Of a stretch of 64,000 nucleotides of DNA, positions 9,847-25,319 are shown piece by piece. The stretch lies in contig OZ253555.1 of assembly GCA_965262725.1 (NCBI GenBank), positions 1,536,001 through 1,600,000 of the forward strand. Direction: 5' to 3'. The stretch is from Dehalococcoidia bacterium. GTDB taxonomy: Bacteria > Chloroflexota > Dehalococcoidia > UBA2979. Both the position numbers and the translations under genes were made by a program. A model generated the notes under the pieces. It searched no databases and was not told the DNA's origin. It saw only the letters and a list, made by a program, of their open reading frames with translations. Position 1 is the first letter of the stretch, and every line of letters starts with the position of its first letter.

Positions 9847-11313
9847 TTACGGCCCCGTGTCCCCCGCACGATTGCGAACTCGCCGGCCGCTGAGAAGCGC
9901 TCCGACGATGAGGCTCTGGCCGAGACCGAGCAGGAGAAGGGCGCTCATGGGGTCGAAGAGGGTCTCCCCGGCTGGGCCGGCGAGACGGGCAGCCACGCTT
10001 CCGTCACCCAGTCGCGGCAGGCTCACGTCGTCGGGCGTTGTTGGTGTCTCGTCGTCCACGATCGCGACGCTCGCGCTGGCCGGCTCGCTGACGACCTCAT
10101 CGCCGAGATTGGCATCGGTCGATGCGCTCTCGGGGCGGACGGTGGCCGTCGCCACCGTCCGGGTCTCCTCGGTGGCCGCGAGCGCGGTGAAGTGCATGTC
10201 GATGGCGACGTCGCTCTCCGCCGGTGCGGAGCCGCAGGAGACCTCGGTCCCGACCGACTCGCACTGGGGGAGTGCGATCCCATTCCAGTCCGCGCCCGTG
10301 TACTCGAGGTGGCCGGGGTCGTAGCCCAGCCGCAGTTCGAGGGCACTCGTCTCCGGCACGGCGGTGAGCGTGACGGCGATGCGGAAAGTCACGCTCTCGT
10401 CCACGGTCGCGGTCGCGGGCGAGGTCCGGGTGTTGGTCACGCTCGCGGCCGGATCCTCGGCGGGCGTCGCCGGCGGGCGTGCGTCAAAGGCCGCGGGGCA
10501 GGTGAGGTCTCGATCGATCACCACGGTGAGCGACGCGCTCTGCTCCATCTCGCTGCAATCGCCGGACCACCTGGAGAATGTGGAATCGTCGTCCGGCAGC
10601 GCCATCAGGGTGGCCTCGTCTCCCTCCGCGTACTGACCCTCGCCCCGGGTCTCGCCGGAGCCCGTGTTCGCGGGATCGATCCCGAGCGTGACGGTGTACT
10701 CGATCTCCTCGGATTGCGTCTCTTGATCGCCCCCGCCGGGATCGCCGGTGGAGCCGGTCTCGCCCGGCGTGGATGGAGTGTTGGTCGTGGACGGGGTGTC
10801 TGGTGTGGACGGGGTGTTGGGCGTGCTTGTGCCGCAGCTCAGGGTCACGCTCAGGACCGCGTCGTTATGGTCCTCATCCCCGCCGGTCAGGAAGTCCTCA
10901 AAGGCGACGGTCCAGCCCGAGGCGGACGAGCCCGAGATTCGTGCGTGTGCAAAGCCATCGGGGCTATCAGACGCAGGTGCCGTCGTGAACGTGTGACCTG
11001 TGTTCTCCACGCGGATCCCGAGCACCAGTTCCCCCACCGGAAGGTCCAGCTGGATCGTCTTTTCGACGTCGAAGTTCGTGATGCCGAGTGAGATAGCGTG
11101 GTTCGCCGTGTCGACGCGGATGAACTCGTTCGTGTATGCGGCCTCGAAAGGCATCACCTCGAGGGTGACCCGGGTGCAGCCCTCCGTCAGCATGATGCGG
11201 GTGTCCGCGGCATGCGCCTGCGACACCATGAGCGACATCGTGAGCAGCACGAGGGATGCGGTTGCGACCGCCGCGTGCGCGCGCGGGATGCGGGTGTGCC
11301 TTCGACCGCGCAT
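9847..11313 (-). CDS. Secreted multidomain surface protein with LPxLG-type C-terminal sorting signal
   Basis: Signal peptide ending QAHA|A. FED...GGD.D.ND (DUF4114-like), a PST linker, an InlB-B-repeat-like segment (G.G.Y..G...T..A.P....F..WSGDC) and a DUF11-like segment follow. The C-terminus is LPRLG, a hydrophobic helix, then RRVRNR. Confidence 0.75.
   Translation of the reverse strand: MRGRRHTRIPRAHAAVATASLVLLTMSLMVSQAHAADTRIMLTEGCTRVTLEVMPFEAAYTNEFIRVDTANHAISLGITNFDVEKTIQLDLPVGELVLGIRVENTGHTFTTAPASDSPDGFAHARISGSSASGWTVAFEDFLTGGDEDHNDAVLSVTLSCGTSTPNTPSTPDTPSTTNTPSTPGETGSTGDPGGGDQETQSEEIEYTVTLGIDPANTGSGETRGEGQYAEGDEATLMALPDDDSTFSRWSGDCSEMEQSASLTVVIDRDLTCPAAFDARPPATPAEDPAASVTNTRTSPATATVDESVTFRIAVTLTAVPETSALELRLGYDPGHLEYTGADWNGIALPQCESVGTEVSCGSAPAESDVAIDMHFTALAATEETRTVATATVRPESASTDANLGDEVVSEPASASVAIVDDETPTTPDDVSLPRLGDGSVAARLAGPAGETLFDPMSALLLLGLGQSLIVGALLSGRRVRNRAGDTGP
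10763..10826. repeat. Imperfect 18-bp coding tandem repeat (TPxTPS x3)
   Basis: Units such as GTGGACGGGGTGT recur. They translate to [20 protein letters not shown]. Confidence 0.7.
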
Positions 11314-11377
11314 CCGGTGCCCCCGTTGCACCGCGAACCTGGCCCGCGCCACCGCCCGAGGATGGCGGGGCAGTCGC

Positions 11378-11416
11378 TTATCCACAATTTATGCAAACAT
11401 GTTAGCGTTTTCCACA
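11378..11416 (+). promoter_or_regulatory. Cluster of DnaA-box-like motifs
   Basis: TTATCCACA (11378-86) and TTTTCCACA (11408-16) match TTWTNCACA. TTATGCAAA (11389-97) has one mismatch. They lie in an AT-rich patch. Confidence 0.5.
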
Positions 11417-11608
11417 CGTTATGGGCATCCGGACGGCCGTTTGGGGCTGAGACGGCCCTCGCGGGCGGTGGGGCATGGGCCGGCCCGGCCGGGGCATTCC
11501 ACGCTCATGGGTGGCTGCGGACGTGGGCCTGGAGCGCGGCGTCTCTACCTTGTGCGCTGGTACACTCAGTCCCGAGCCGGGTCGGTGTGCGTGAGCGCGA
11601 GGGGGAGC

Positions 11609-13264
<1,656 letters not shown>

Positions 13265-13277
13265 TGGTCCGGAACCG

Positions 13278-13787
13278 ATGACGCATTCGGCTGCCGCGGG
13301 GGGGATGCCGGGCACCAACTCGCTCGACGTGCTCCTCGAGGAGAACGCGCGCGCCCGCGCCGATCTGCTGACGGCCCTCGATGCGGTGCCGGCCTCGCGT
13401 CGCACCGAGCGCTGGTACGGGGAGTGGTCGTTGCGCGATATCGTGGCCCATCTCGCGGTGTGGCAGGAAGGCTGCGCCGTTGCACTCGAGGCGCTCGCGC
13501 ACGGAGAGCCGCCCCGCATCCCCGGGTTCGACGAGGCGGCGGGCGGCGAGGCCTTCAACGCCGCCCGTGCCGCGGAGCATCGGGACGACAGCTGGGAGCA
13601 GGTGATGCACCTGCTCCGCGGCGCGCGGCAGCGCCACGAGGCGGCTGTTCGTGCACTCGCCGGCGCGGTCGAGCCGGCGAGCTACGCGGAGGGCCGAACG
13701 GCCCACCGTCTGGCGGTGATGCCGGGCGGGCACGATCGCAGCCACGCCGGACCGATCCTGGAGTGGCGGCGGGAGCAGGGGCTGTGA
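13278..13787 (+). CDS. DinB-like four-helix-bundle protein
   Basis: GEWSLRDIVAHL..W and C-terminal HDRSH metal-binding pattern. Alternative start at 13305. Confidence 0.75.
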   Translation: MTHSAAAGGMPGTNSLDVLLEENARARADLLTALDAVPASRRTERWYGEWSLRDIVAHLAVWQEGCAVALEALAHGEPPRIPGFDEAAGGEAFNAARAAEHRDDSWEQVMHLLRGARQRHEAAVRALAGAVEPASYAEGRTAHRLAVMPGGHDRSHAGPILEWRREQGL

Positions 13788-13821
13788 ACGCGCCGGCGCT
13801 CCCGGCGCGCGGCGACGGCAG

Positions 13822-14661
13822 GTGATCGACCTCCTGCATCACGTCGGCGTCGTCGTGAACGACGCGGATGCCGCGCTCGCGTTCTATCGAGATATCGTCG
13901 GCCTCCCCGTCGTCGCCGACTCCGTCCTCGACGATCAGGGCGTGCGAGCCATCCTGCTCGCGGCCGGTGAGAACGAGCTGGAGATTCTCTCGCCGACCAG
14001 ACACGACACGGGCGTCGCACGCTTCTTGGAGAGCCGCGGGGAGACGCTGCACCATCTCTGCTTCCGCACCGACGACATCGCGGGCGAGATCGCTCGTCTC
14101 GATGCCGCCGGCGTCGAGCTCGTGGATCGCGAGCCGCGCGAGGGACTCGCCGGTCGCGTCGCGTTTCTCCACCCACGAGCGATGCGCGGCGTGCTGGTGG
14201 AGCTCGCTCAGCCGCCCCTGGGTGCCCATGAGCGTGAGGCGAAGGGCTTCGATCGAATCGCCGTGCGCACCCGGGACTTGGACGAGGCGGCCGCGTTGTG
14301 GCGAGATGTTCTTGGGCTCGAGGTCGCGCGGCGGGTCGAGGTGGAGGGTGCGGGAATCGTGATCGGGGAGATGCCGATCGGCCGCTGCCGTATCGATCTG
14401 ATCGCCCCGTCCCGACCCGACGCGCCGTTCGCAGCTGAGATCGAGCGTCTCGGGGAGGGCGCCCTGCCCGCGTTCGCGCTTGAGGTGGCGGATGTCGATC
14501 AGGAGCGCGCCCGTCTTCGTGCGGCGGGCGTGGTGACTGACGACACCGGCCCGGCCATGATGCCGGGCGTGCGAATCGCGACGATACCGGCGGAGCGGGC
14601 GTTCGGGGTCGCCGTCCAGCTCACGGCGTACGATCGCCCCGACGTGGGGACGGAGGCCTGA
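13822..14661 (+). CDS. mce: Methylmalonyl-CoA epimerase with a second VOC domain
   Basis: LHHVGVVV, ELEILSP, LHHLCF and AFLHP..M.GVLVEL, followed by a second glyoxalase-like repeat. Located in the MCM cluster. Confidence 0.8.
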   Translation: MIDLLHHVGVVVNDADAALAFYRDIVGLPVVADSVLDDQGVRAILLAAGENELEILSPTRHDTGVARFLESRGETLHHLCFRTDDIAGEIARLDAAGVELVDREPREGLAGRVAFLHPRAMRGVLVELAQPPLGAHEREAKGFDRIAVRTRDLDEAAALWRDVLGLEVARRVEVEGAGIVIGEMPIGRCRIDLIAPSRPDAPFAAEIERLGEGALPAFALEVADVDQERARLRAAGVVTDDTGPAMMPGVRIATIPAERAFGVAVQLTAYDRPDVGTEA

Positions 14662-15099
14662 ATGACGAAGGGAACGGAGCAGGAGCGGCGCATCCGCGTC
14701 TTGATCGCGAAGCCCGGTCTTGACGGTCACGACCGTGGCGCGAAGGTCGTGGCGGCCTCGCTACGCGATGCGGGCATGGAGGTCATCTACACCGGGATCC
14801 GCCAGACGCCGCGGATGATCGCGGAGGCTGCGCTGCAGGAAGACGTGGACGTGGTCGGACTCTCGATCCTCTCCGGGGCACACCTGGAGCTGTTCCCCCG
14901 CGTCGTCGAGGCGTTGCGCGAGTGCGGGATCGGGCCCGACGACGTCCTTCTCTTCTGCGGGGGCATCATCCCGCGGGCCGATTGGGGTACTGTGCAAGAG
15001 TTCGGCTTCCGCGGCGTCTTCGGTCCCGGCACGGACACGCGGGACATCGCCGCCTTCATACGTGAGCAGCTTCCGACGCTCCCGGCGCGCGCGCTCTAG
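14662..15099 (+). CDS. Methylmalonyl-CoA mutase cobalamin-binding subunit
   Basis: [13 protein letters not shown] (DxHxxG), GLSILSGAH and GGIIP. Confidence 0.95.
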   Translation: MTKGTEQERRIRVLIAKPGLDGHDRGAKVVAASLRDAGMEVIYTGIRQTPRMIAEAALQEDVDVVGLSILSGAHLELFPRVVEALRECGIGPDDVLLFCGGIIPRADWGTVQEFGFRGVFGPGTDTRDIAAFIREQLPTLPARAL

Positions 15100-15129
15100 C
15101 GGCGGCTGCGGGGTGGCGCGACGGCTCCT

Positions 15130-16122
15130 GTGACTTCTCGCTCGGCAACAGCGACGGCCGGTGAACTGGCCGACGGCATCGCGCGCTGCGACCGTCGCGC
15201 GCTGGCACGGGCCATCACGCACGTCGAGCGAGACGATCCGACGGGGCGCGCCGTGCTGGCAGCGCTCTATCCCCGCACGGGCCGGGCGCAGACCATCGGC
15301 ATGACGGGCTCCGCCGGCGTGGGGAAGTCCACACTGGTCGGTCGTGTGGCGGCGGAGCAGCGCCGGCGTGATCGCACGGTCGGCATCGTCGCCGTCGATC
15401 CATCCTCTCCGTTCTCGCACGGCGCGATCCTCGGCGACCGCATTCGCATGCAGGAACTGACTTCCGATCCCGGCGTCTTCCTGCGGTCGATGGCCACGCG
15501 CGGTCACCTGGGCGGACTCGCCGAGTCGGCATCGGGCGTCGTCGACGTGCTTGATGCGGCGGGCTACGACGTTGTGATGGTGGAGACGGTGGGCGCTGGG
15601 CAGGACGAGGTGGAGGTCGCCTCCGCCACGCAGACCACGGTGCTCGTGACGAGCCCCGCGGCAGGCGACGAGATCCAGTCGATGAAGGCCGGGCTCATGG
15701 AGGTTGCACAGCTGCTCGTCGTGAACAAGGCTGACCTCGCAGGTGCTGACACGGCCGTCCACCAGCTTCGCTCCCTCCTCGCGATCGCCACGCCGCGTGC
15801 CTGGGAGCCCCCGGTCCTGAAGGTGGTCGCGCGGTCGGGTGATGGCGTGGTGGAGTTGGTCGACCGCATCGACGAGCACCAGAGCCACGTGCGCGACTCC
15901 GAGCACGCGGAGGCGGAGCGCCGGGCGCTCGTGCAGGCGCAGTTGATGACGCTGGTCACCTCGGCGCTCTCGCATCGAGCGCTCGATGCGGCGCGACGCT
16001 CGGGCGTTCTCGATCGTCTCGTCGATGAGGTCGTGTCCCGCCGTCGCGATCCGCGGGCCGCGGCGGACGCGCTGCTTTCTCGCATCGCTCCCGCGGCCGC
16101 GGGCGACACGCCGAGTCACTAG
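15130..16122 (+). CDS. meaB: MCM-associated GTPase MeaB
   Basis: GSAGVGKST, AVDPSSPFSHGAILGDRIRM, ETVGAGQ and NKAD. Confidence 0.93.
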   Translation: MTSRSATATAGELADGIARCDRRALARAITHVERDDPTGRAVLAALYPRTGRAQTIGMTGSAGVGKSTLVGRVAAEQRRRDRTVGIVAVDPSSPFSHGAILGDRIRMQELTSDPGVFLRSMATRGHLGGLAESASGVVDVLDAAGYDVVMVETVGAGQDEVEVASATQTTVLVTSPAAGDEIQSMKAGLMEVAQLLVVNKADLAGADTAVHQLRSLLAIATPRAWEPPVLKVVARSGDGVVELVDRIDEHQSHVRDSEHAEAERRALVQAQLMTLVTSALSHRALDAARRSGVLDRLVDEVVSRRRDPRAAADALLSRIAPAAAGDTPSH

Positions 16123-16207
16123 GGCCCGGGCGCGCGCCTGCGGGGCACGGCCGCGGGCCGGCCCGCTGCGGGGGGCGTGGGTCGCGGATCGCCCGTAGAC
16201 TGGGCTC

Positions 16208-16930
16208 ATGCCTCAGCGCGTGCGCGTCGTCTTCCGCAAGGGCGGCGTGCTGCAGTGGATCTCCCACCTTGACACGATGCGCACGTGGGAGCGGACGCTG
16301 CGGCGCGCCGGCCTTCCGCTCGTGTATTCGCAGGGATTCTCGCCGCACGCGCGCATCGCCCTGGCGGCGCCGCTTCCGGTCGGCTTCGAGGGCGAGCGGG
16401 AGTTGATGGACATCTGGCTCGACCCTGCGCTCGATCCGGCGGTCGTTCGCGGAAGGCTGGAGCCGAAGCTTCCGCCCGGCCTCGACGTGGTCGAGGTCGA
16501 AGAGGTGGCGGAGCGTCTTCCCTCGCTGCAGTCGCTTCTGCGAGCGGCGCGCTACCGCATCATCTTCGCGGCAGCGGAAGTGGACGCGGCCGCCGTCGCG
16601 GGTCGGCTCGCCGACTTCATGGCGCTGAAGAGCCTCCCGTGGGAGGAGATACGCGGCGAGAAGACGCGCACTGTCGACGTGCGGGCGGGCGTGATCATGG
16701 CTGCGCTTCGCGCGGGGCCGTCGAGCGGCGATCAGTCCGCCGGGGACGGTGAGGTCGTACTTGAGCTGCGCATGTCGCTCGAGGAGGGCCGCGGCGTGCG
16801 CGCCCAATCCGTCATCGACGCCCTGGTCGTGGGTGCCGAGCCGCTCAGGATGATCCGCACGGAACTCGAGGTCGAGCGCCCGCGCATCGCGCTCGGCGCT
16901 TGGCGCGCGCGCGGGCGCTACGAGGAGTGA
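16208..16930 (+). CDS. DUF2344 / TIGR03936 radical-SAM-linked protein
   Basis: F.K.G..WISHLD..R..ER..RRA.LP..YSQGFSPH..I..A.PLPVG.E. Confidence 0.85.
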   Translation: MPQRVRVVFRKGGVLQWISHLDTMRTWERTLRRAGLPLVYSQGFSPHARIALAAPLPVGFEGERELMDIWLDPALDPAVVRGRLEPKLPPGLDVVEVEEVAERLPSLQSLLRAARYRIIFAAAEVDAAAVAGRLADFMALKSLPWEEIRGEKTRTVDVRAGVIMAALRAGPSSGDQSAGDGEVVLELRMSLEEGRGVRAQSVIDALVVGAEPLRMIRTELEVERPRIALGAWRARGRYEE

Positions 16931-16991
16931 GTCCCCGGCCTCACCCCCGAAACGCCGCTAGGCCCCTCGGTCTCGCAACCGTGGAGGTCCC

Positions 16992-17651
16992 GTGACCGGT
17001 GCCCCGGTCGCGCCGGCCCGAACGCTGCTCGTCCTGCTGCGTCACGGCGAGACCGATCGGAACGTGGACGGGCGCTCGCAGGGCCGCGACGACGAGCCGC
17101 TCAACGATCACGGGCGCGAGCAGGCAGGGGAGGCGGCACGGGCCATCGCACCGCTTGCGCCGGCCGCCGTCTACAGCTCGGACGCCTCCAGGGCGCGCGA
17201 CACCGCCGCGGCCGTCGCCGCCGTCCGCGGCCTGGACGTGCGCGTCGATCCGCGCCTCGCCGAGCTTGACCACGGCGAGCTCGACGGGTTGACGGGAGCC
17301 GAATTGCGCGAGCAGTACCCCGACTTGCTGGAGGCGTGGCGGGGGCCCGGTGGCCCGTCGCTCGTCCTCCCCGGCGGCGAGTCGATGGATGAGGCGCAGG
17401 CGCGCATGGTGGCTGCAGTCACGGAGATCGGCGATCGTCACCGGGCAGAGTGCGTCGTCGTCGTCTCCCACAATCTCGCGCTGCGCGGGCTAGCGTGCGA
17501 GGCGCTGGGTGCGCCGCTCACCGCCGCGCGACGACTCCGGATCGACCTCTGCTCGCTCACCATCGTCGAGCTACTCGTGGGGCAGCCGTGGGCGGTGGTC
17601 GCGCTCAACCGGACGTGCCATCTCGGGCGTCGGGCGGGTGTCCATCGCTAG
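16992..17651 (+). CDS. Histidine phosphatase family protein
   Basis: LLRHGET, YSSD..RA.DTA, L.ELD.G, PGGES and VVSH. Confidence 0.9.
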   Translation: MTGAPVAPARTLLVLLRHGETDRNVDGRSQGRDDEPLNDHGREQAGEAARAIAPLAPAAVYSSDASRARDTAAAVAAVRGLDVRVDPRLAELDHGELDGLTGAELREQYPDLLEAWRGPGGPSLVLPGGESMDEAQARMVAAVTEIGDRHRAECVVVVSHNLALRGLACEALGAPLTAARRLRIDLCSLTIVELLVGQPWAVVALNRTCHLGRRAGVHR

Positions 17652-17715
17652 CACGCGTTGAGCGAGCCCGGGGGACTCTGTTACGTTGCTGGCGGCGGCG
17701 GGGTGGGGAGATGCT

Positions 17716-18072
17716 ATGCCCTTGCCGCTCCCCCGCGTGCGCTTCGGTCCCACGCACATGGTGCTGGCCGTGGCGATGCTCCTGGTTTCGCTCTTCGCCT
17801 ACGCCGCCGTTCAGACCGCTGCCCGTAGCCACGGCCTCGCCGAGGAGCGGTACCGGATCGAGCTCGAGCTGTGGGACCTCCGCCGGCAGCACGCGGAACT
17901 GGAGGGATTGGCCGAGTACCTGCGCTCCGACGAGTATGTAGAGGGTGTCGCGCGCCAGCAGCTCGGCCTCGCCCGGGAGGGAGAGCTCTCGGTGCTCATC
18001 GACGCCCCCGACGCGGAGGACGGGGGGCGCGAGCCCGGCGAGCGCTGGTGGGAGGAGCAGTTCGGGCGGTAG
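17716..18072 (+). CDS. Septum formation initiator (FtsB/DivIC family)
   Basis: N-terminal TM, coiled coil, then YVE.VAR.QLGL.REGE. Confidence 0.8.
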   Translation: MPLPLPRVRFGPTHMVLAVAMLLVSLFAYAAVQTAARSHGLAEERYRIELELWDLRRQHAELEGLAEYLRSDEYVEGVARQQLGLAREGELSVLIDAPDAEDGGREPGERWWEEQFGR

Positions 18073-18250
18073 AGATCTAACCGGAAGTGGCCCTTCCGTG
18101 TCGGGGCGCCGATTCCCTGCCGCGGAGTACCCGACCCCCGCTCGGGGCGCCGCTCCGGGCAGCGCGGGCGTCATGCCGCCTCATGAGCCCACGTGCCCGA
18201 AATCGCCGGCGCACCGCCGCGGGGCATGTCGGCGCGGTACAGTTCCGACC

Positions 18251-19279
18251 GTGAGCGCTGACTCCCTCCCTCGAAGCCGCGTGACCGGAGTGTTCGAGCG
18301 CCGCGTGAAGCGCGATCTCGGGCAGCTGGTGCCGCCCGCTGCGCCCGTGGTCGTCGCGTGTTCTGGCGGCCCGGACTCGACCGCAGCGCTGGTCGCGGTC
18401 GCGCGCGGTGGCTGGCCTGTGTGCGCGGCTCACATCGATCACGGTCTTCGCTCCTCGGAAGAGGCGGAGGGTGACCGGGCCATGGTCGAGCGGCTCGGTG
18501 CCCTGTTGGGCGTGCCCGTCCTCACCGGCACCGCCAGAGGCGCGGAGCTCCGTACCTCCGAGGAGCGAGCTCGGGAGGCGCGCTACCGCTGGCTCGCCGG
18601 CGCCTGCGCCGAGGCCGGCGCCATCCACTGCGTCACCGGTCACACGCTAGACGATCAGGCCGAGACGGTGCTGCTTCGATTGGCGCGCGGGAGCGGGCTC
18701 GGGGGTGCCGCAGGGATGGCCGGACGTGCCGCGTGGCCGCTACGAGAGGCCGGGTGCGGTGCTCATCTCTCCCTGGTGCGCCCGCTGCTCGGTCTGAGCC
18801 GCGCCGATGTCGAGCGCTACCTGCGCGCCCTCGGTCTCGAAGCACGCCAGGATCCGACCAACGAGCAGGTGCACTACGCCCGGAACCGTGTACGGCTGCG
18901 CGTTCTGCCCGAGATGGAACGCGTCCACGCGGGTGCGGCGCAGTCGCTCGCGCACTTCGCCGGGCTCGCGCGGCGCGATGACGAGGCGCTGGAAAGCGTC
19001 GCGGCGACCGAGTTCGCTCGGATCGCCACGTGCAGCCCGGGCGTGGTCGCACTGGGACGGCGCGCCCTGTCGGCGCTGCCTCCGGCGGTCGGGGCTCGCG
19101 TTCTGAGGAGAGCGGCGGGCGAGCTCGGACTTGCTACGAACGCGAGCCAGCTGGACGCGCTTGCTCGTGCTGCGCGTCGGCGGGGGTCGAGGGTCGACCT
19201 GGCGGGCGGCCGCGGGCGATCGGACGACACGATGCTCATTATCGAGCGCTTGACGCGCGCTTCGGGCGGCTGCGCTTGA
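18251..19279 (+). CDS. tilS: tRNA(Ile)-lysidine synthetase
   Basis: VACSGGPDS PP-loop, H.DHGLR, AREARY, GHTLDDQAETVL, RPLL and DPTN...YARNR.R. Confidence 0.92.
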   Translation: MSADSLPRSRVTGVFERRVKRDLGQLVPPAAPVVVACSGGPDSTAALVAVARGGWPVCAAHIDHGLRSSEEAEGDRAMVERLGALLGVPVLTGTARGAELRTSEERAREARYRWLAGACAEAGAIHCVTGHTLDDQAETVLLRLARGSGLGGAAGMAGRAAWPLREAGCGAHLSLVRPLLGLSRADVERYLRALGLEARQDPTNEQVHYARNRVRLRVLPEMERVHAGAAQSLAHFAGLARRDDEALESVAATEFARIATCSPGVVALGRRALSALPPAVGARVLRRAAGELGLATNASQLDALARAARRRGSRVDLAGGRGRSDDTMLIIERLTRASGGCA

Positions 19280-19330
19280 GACATGACGGTCGCGACGGCA
19301 GCGTCGCGGGCACGCGGGGACCGCCGAGCC

Positions 19331-19359
19331 TTGACCAGTGTCCCCGACGCCGATACCAT
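19331..19359 (+). promoter_or_regulatory. Sigma70-type rRNA operon promoter
   Basis: TTGACC-N17-TACCAT about 210 bp upstream of the 16S gene. Confidence 0.65.
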
Positions 19360-19565
19360 CTCCCTTCGCATCGTCAAGCCGGTCCCCATGGGGCCGTGGC
19401 GCGTACATTTACATCTGGATAGCGAGCAGAATCTGAAGCAGGGTCTCCGTTGACCCGCTCGGCTTCGCTTCAAACGTCGGCATCCGGCCATCGGTCGGAG
19501 GCTGGCGTGTGGGCGAGCAGGGCGGTAATCAGCACTGTATGACCGCCTTCTTCGAGGCGGTTTCT

Positions 19566-21052
<1,487 letters not shown>

Positions 21053-21285
21053 AGGGAGTCACGCCGGAACCGAAGGGGCGCACGGTGTACGTGCCCTTAC
21101 CGGCCATCTCCTGTCGACCGGACGTCCATCCACGTGTCTCGCCCGGGTTTCCGGGCGAGGCGGGGACCACCCATTCCCGGGTGGGCGTTCGATACTCATG
21201 GGTCCCGCCCCCCTGCGCGGGGATTCTGCTCGCTATCCAGCTGTTGATGTGCGCCCGGGTAGTGGCATGCCTGCGCACGGGCAAG

Positions 21286-21362
21286 GGGCCATTAGCTCAG
21301 CTGGTTAGAGCGCAGTCCTGATAAGACTGAGGTCCCTGGTTCGAGTCCAGGATGGCCCACCA
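21286..21362 (+). tRNA. tRNA-Ile(GAT)
   Basis: GGGCCAT/ATGGCCC acceptor, anticodon loop CTGATAA, CCA end. Confidence 0.97.
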
Positions 21363-21389
21363 GCCACACCGCCTCGCGCGTGTGGAGTC

Positions 21390-21465
21390 GGGGCCGTAGC
21401 TCAGCTGGTAGAGCGCCGCCTTTGCAAGGCGGATGTCGGGGGTTCGAGTCCCCCCGGCTCCACCA
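21390..21465 (+). tRNA. tRNA-Ala(TGC)
   Basis: GGGGCCG/CGGCTCC acceptor with G3:U70, loop TTTGCAA, CCA end. Confidence 0.97.
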
Positions 21466-21690
21466 TCGCGAGCTACGAGGGCACTACCCACCCTTCATCG
21501 CTGAGTGCGCCGCGTCCTAGCTGGATGCGGCGGGCGTCTGGAGGCCGTCCCTCCGATCCAGCACATTCACAACCGAATACTGCGCAAAGCAGACGAACAT
21601 CGAGAAAGTTCCGGGCACGCGTCCGGGCCCGCTCGTGCCACCGGGAATCGCCCCGGGGCCGGCGGGGATCGAGGCGTGTGCGTGACGAAG

Positions 21691-24633
<2,943 letters not shown>

Positions 24634-24809
24634 CTTCGCCACGCACCGGCGCGATCCCCCCGGGGATGCGCGCCCGGACTCTCTCGGAGTTCGTCGCTCG
24701 CGCAGTATTTGTTGCTGGAGAATCCACGCGCACGGCGCCGCTTGGTGCGGTGCTACACTCACTGGCGTGGACGAGGGCCAGCCGGCCGCCGGCCGGTTGG
24801 CCAGGGCGT

Positions 24810-24884
<75 letters not shown>

Positions 24885-24892
24885 GCCTCTTC

Positions 24893-24922
24893 ACGGGGGC
24901 GGGACACAGGTCCCGCCCCCGT
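24893..24922 (+). terminator. Hairpin after tRNA-fMet (putative terminator)
   Basis: ACGGGGGCGGGAC-ACAG-GTCCCGCCCCCGT is a perfect 13-bp stem with a weak U-tail. Confidence 0.6.
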
Positions 24923-25001
24923 TGTGCGTCTACGGGTGGCGGGGCGCACATGCGGCCCCTGGCCGCTTGCCGGTATGGCCGCCGCCGCGAGATACTGTCA
25001 G

Positions 25002-25120
25002 TCTTGGTGGTTAGAGCGCGACGGCCCCACCCGTTCCCATCCCGAACACGGAAGTGAAACGTCGTAGCGCTGACGATACTCCCCGGGCGACCGGGCGCGG
25101 AAAATAGGCCACCGCCAGGA
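25002..25120 (+). rRNA. rrf: 5S rRNA
   Basis: TCTTGGTGG...CCACCCGTTCCCATCCCGAACACGGAAGTGAA...CCGCCAGGA. Confidence 0.95.
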
Positions 25121-25319
25121 CTACGCAGTCACACCGCTCTCCGCGGCGCACCGGACGCCGCGGAGACGGTCCAGATGTCTCTGGAACCGCCCCCCGCTGG
25201 CCGCTTCTCGCCTAGGTGCGGCAGCGGGCGCGTGCTATCATTACCCCTCGTGCGTGGAAGGCTGTACGTCCCTCGGGTCACGGCCTACCGCATGAATATC
25301 GACCCAGGAGGCCCGCTCT

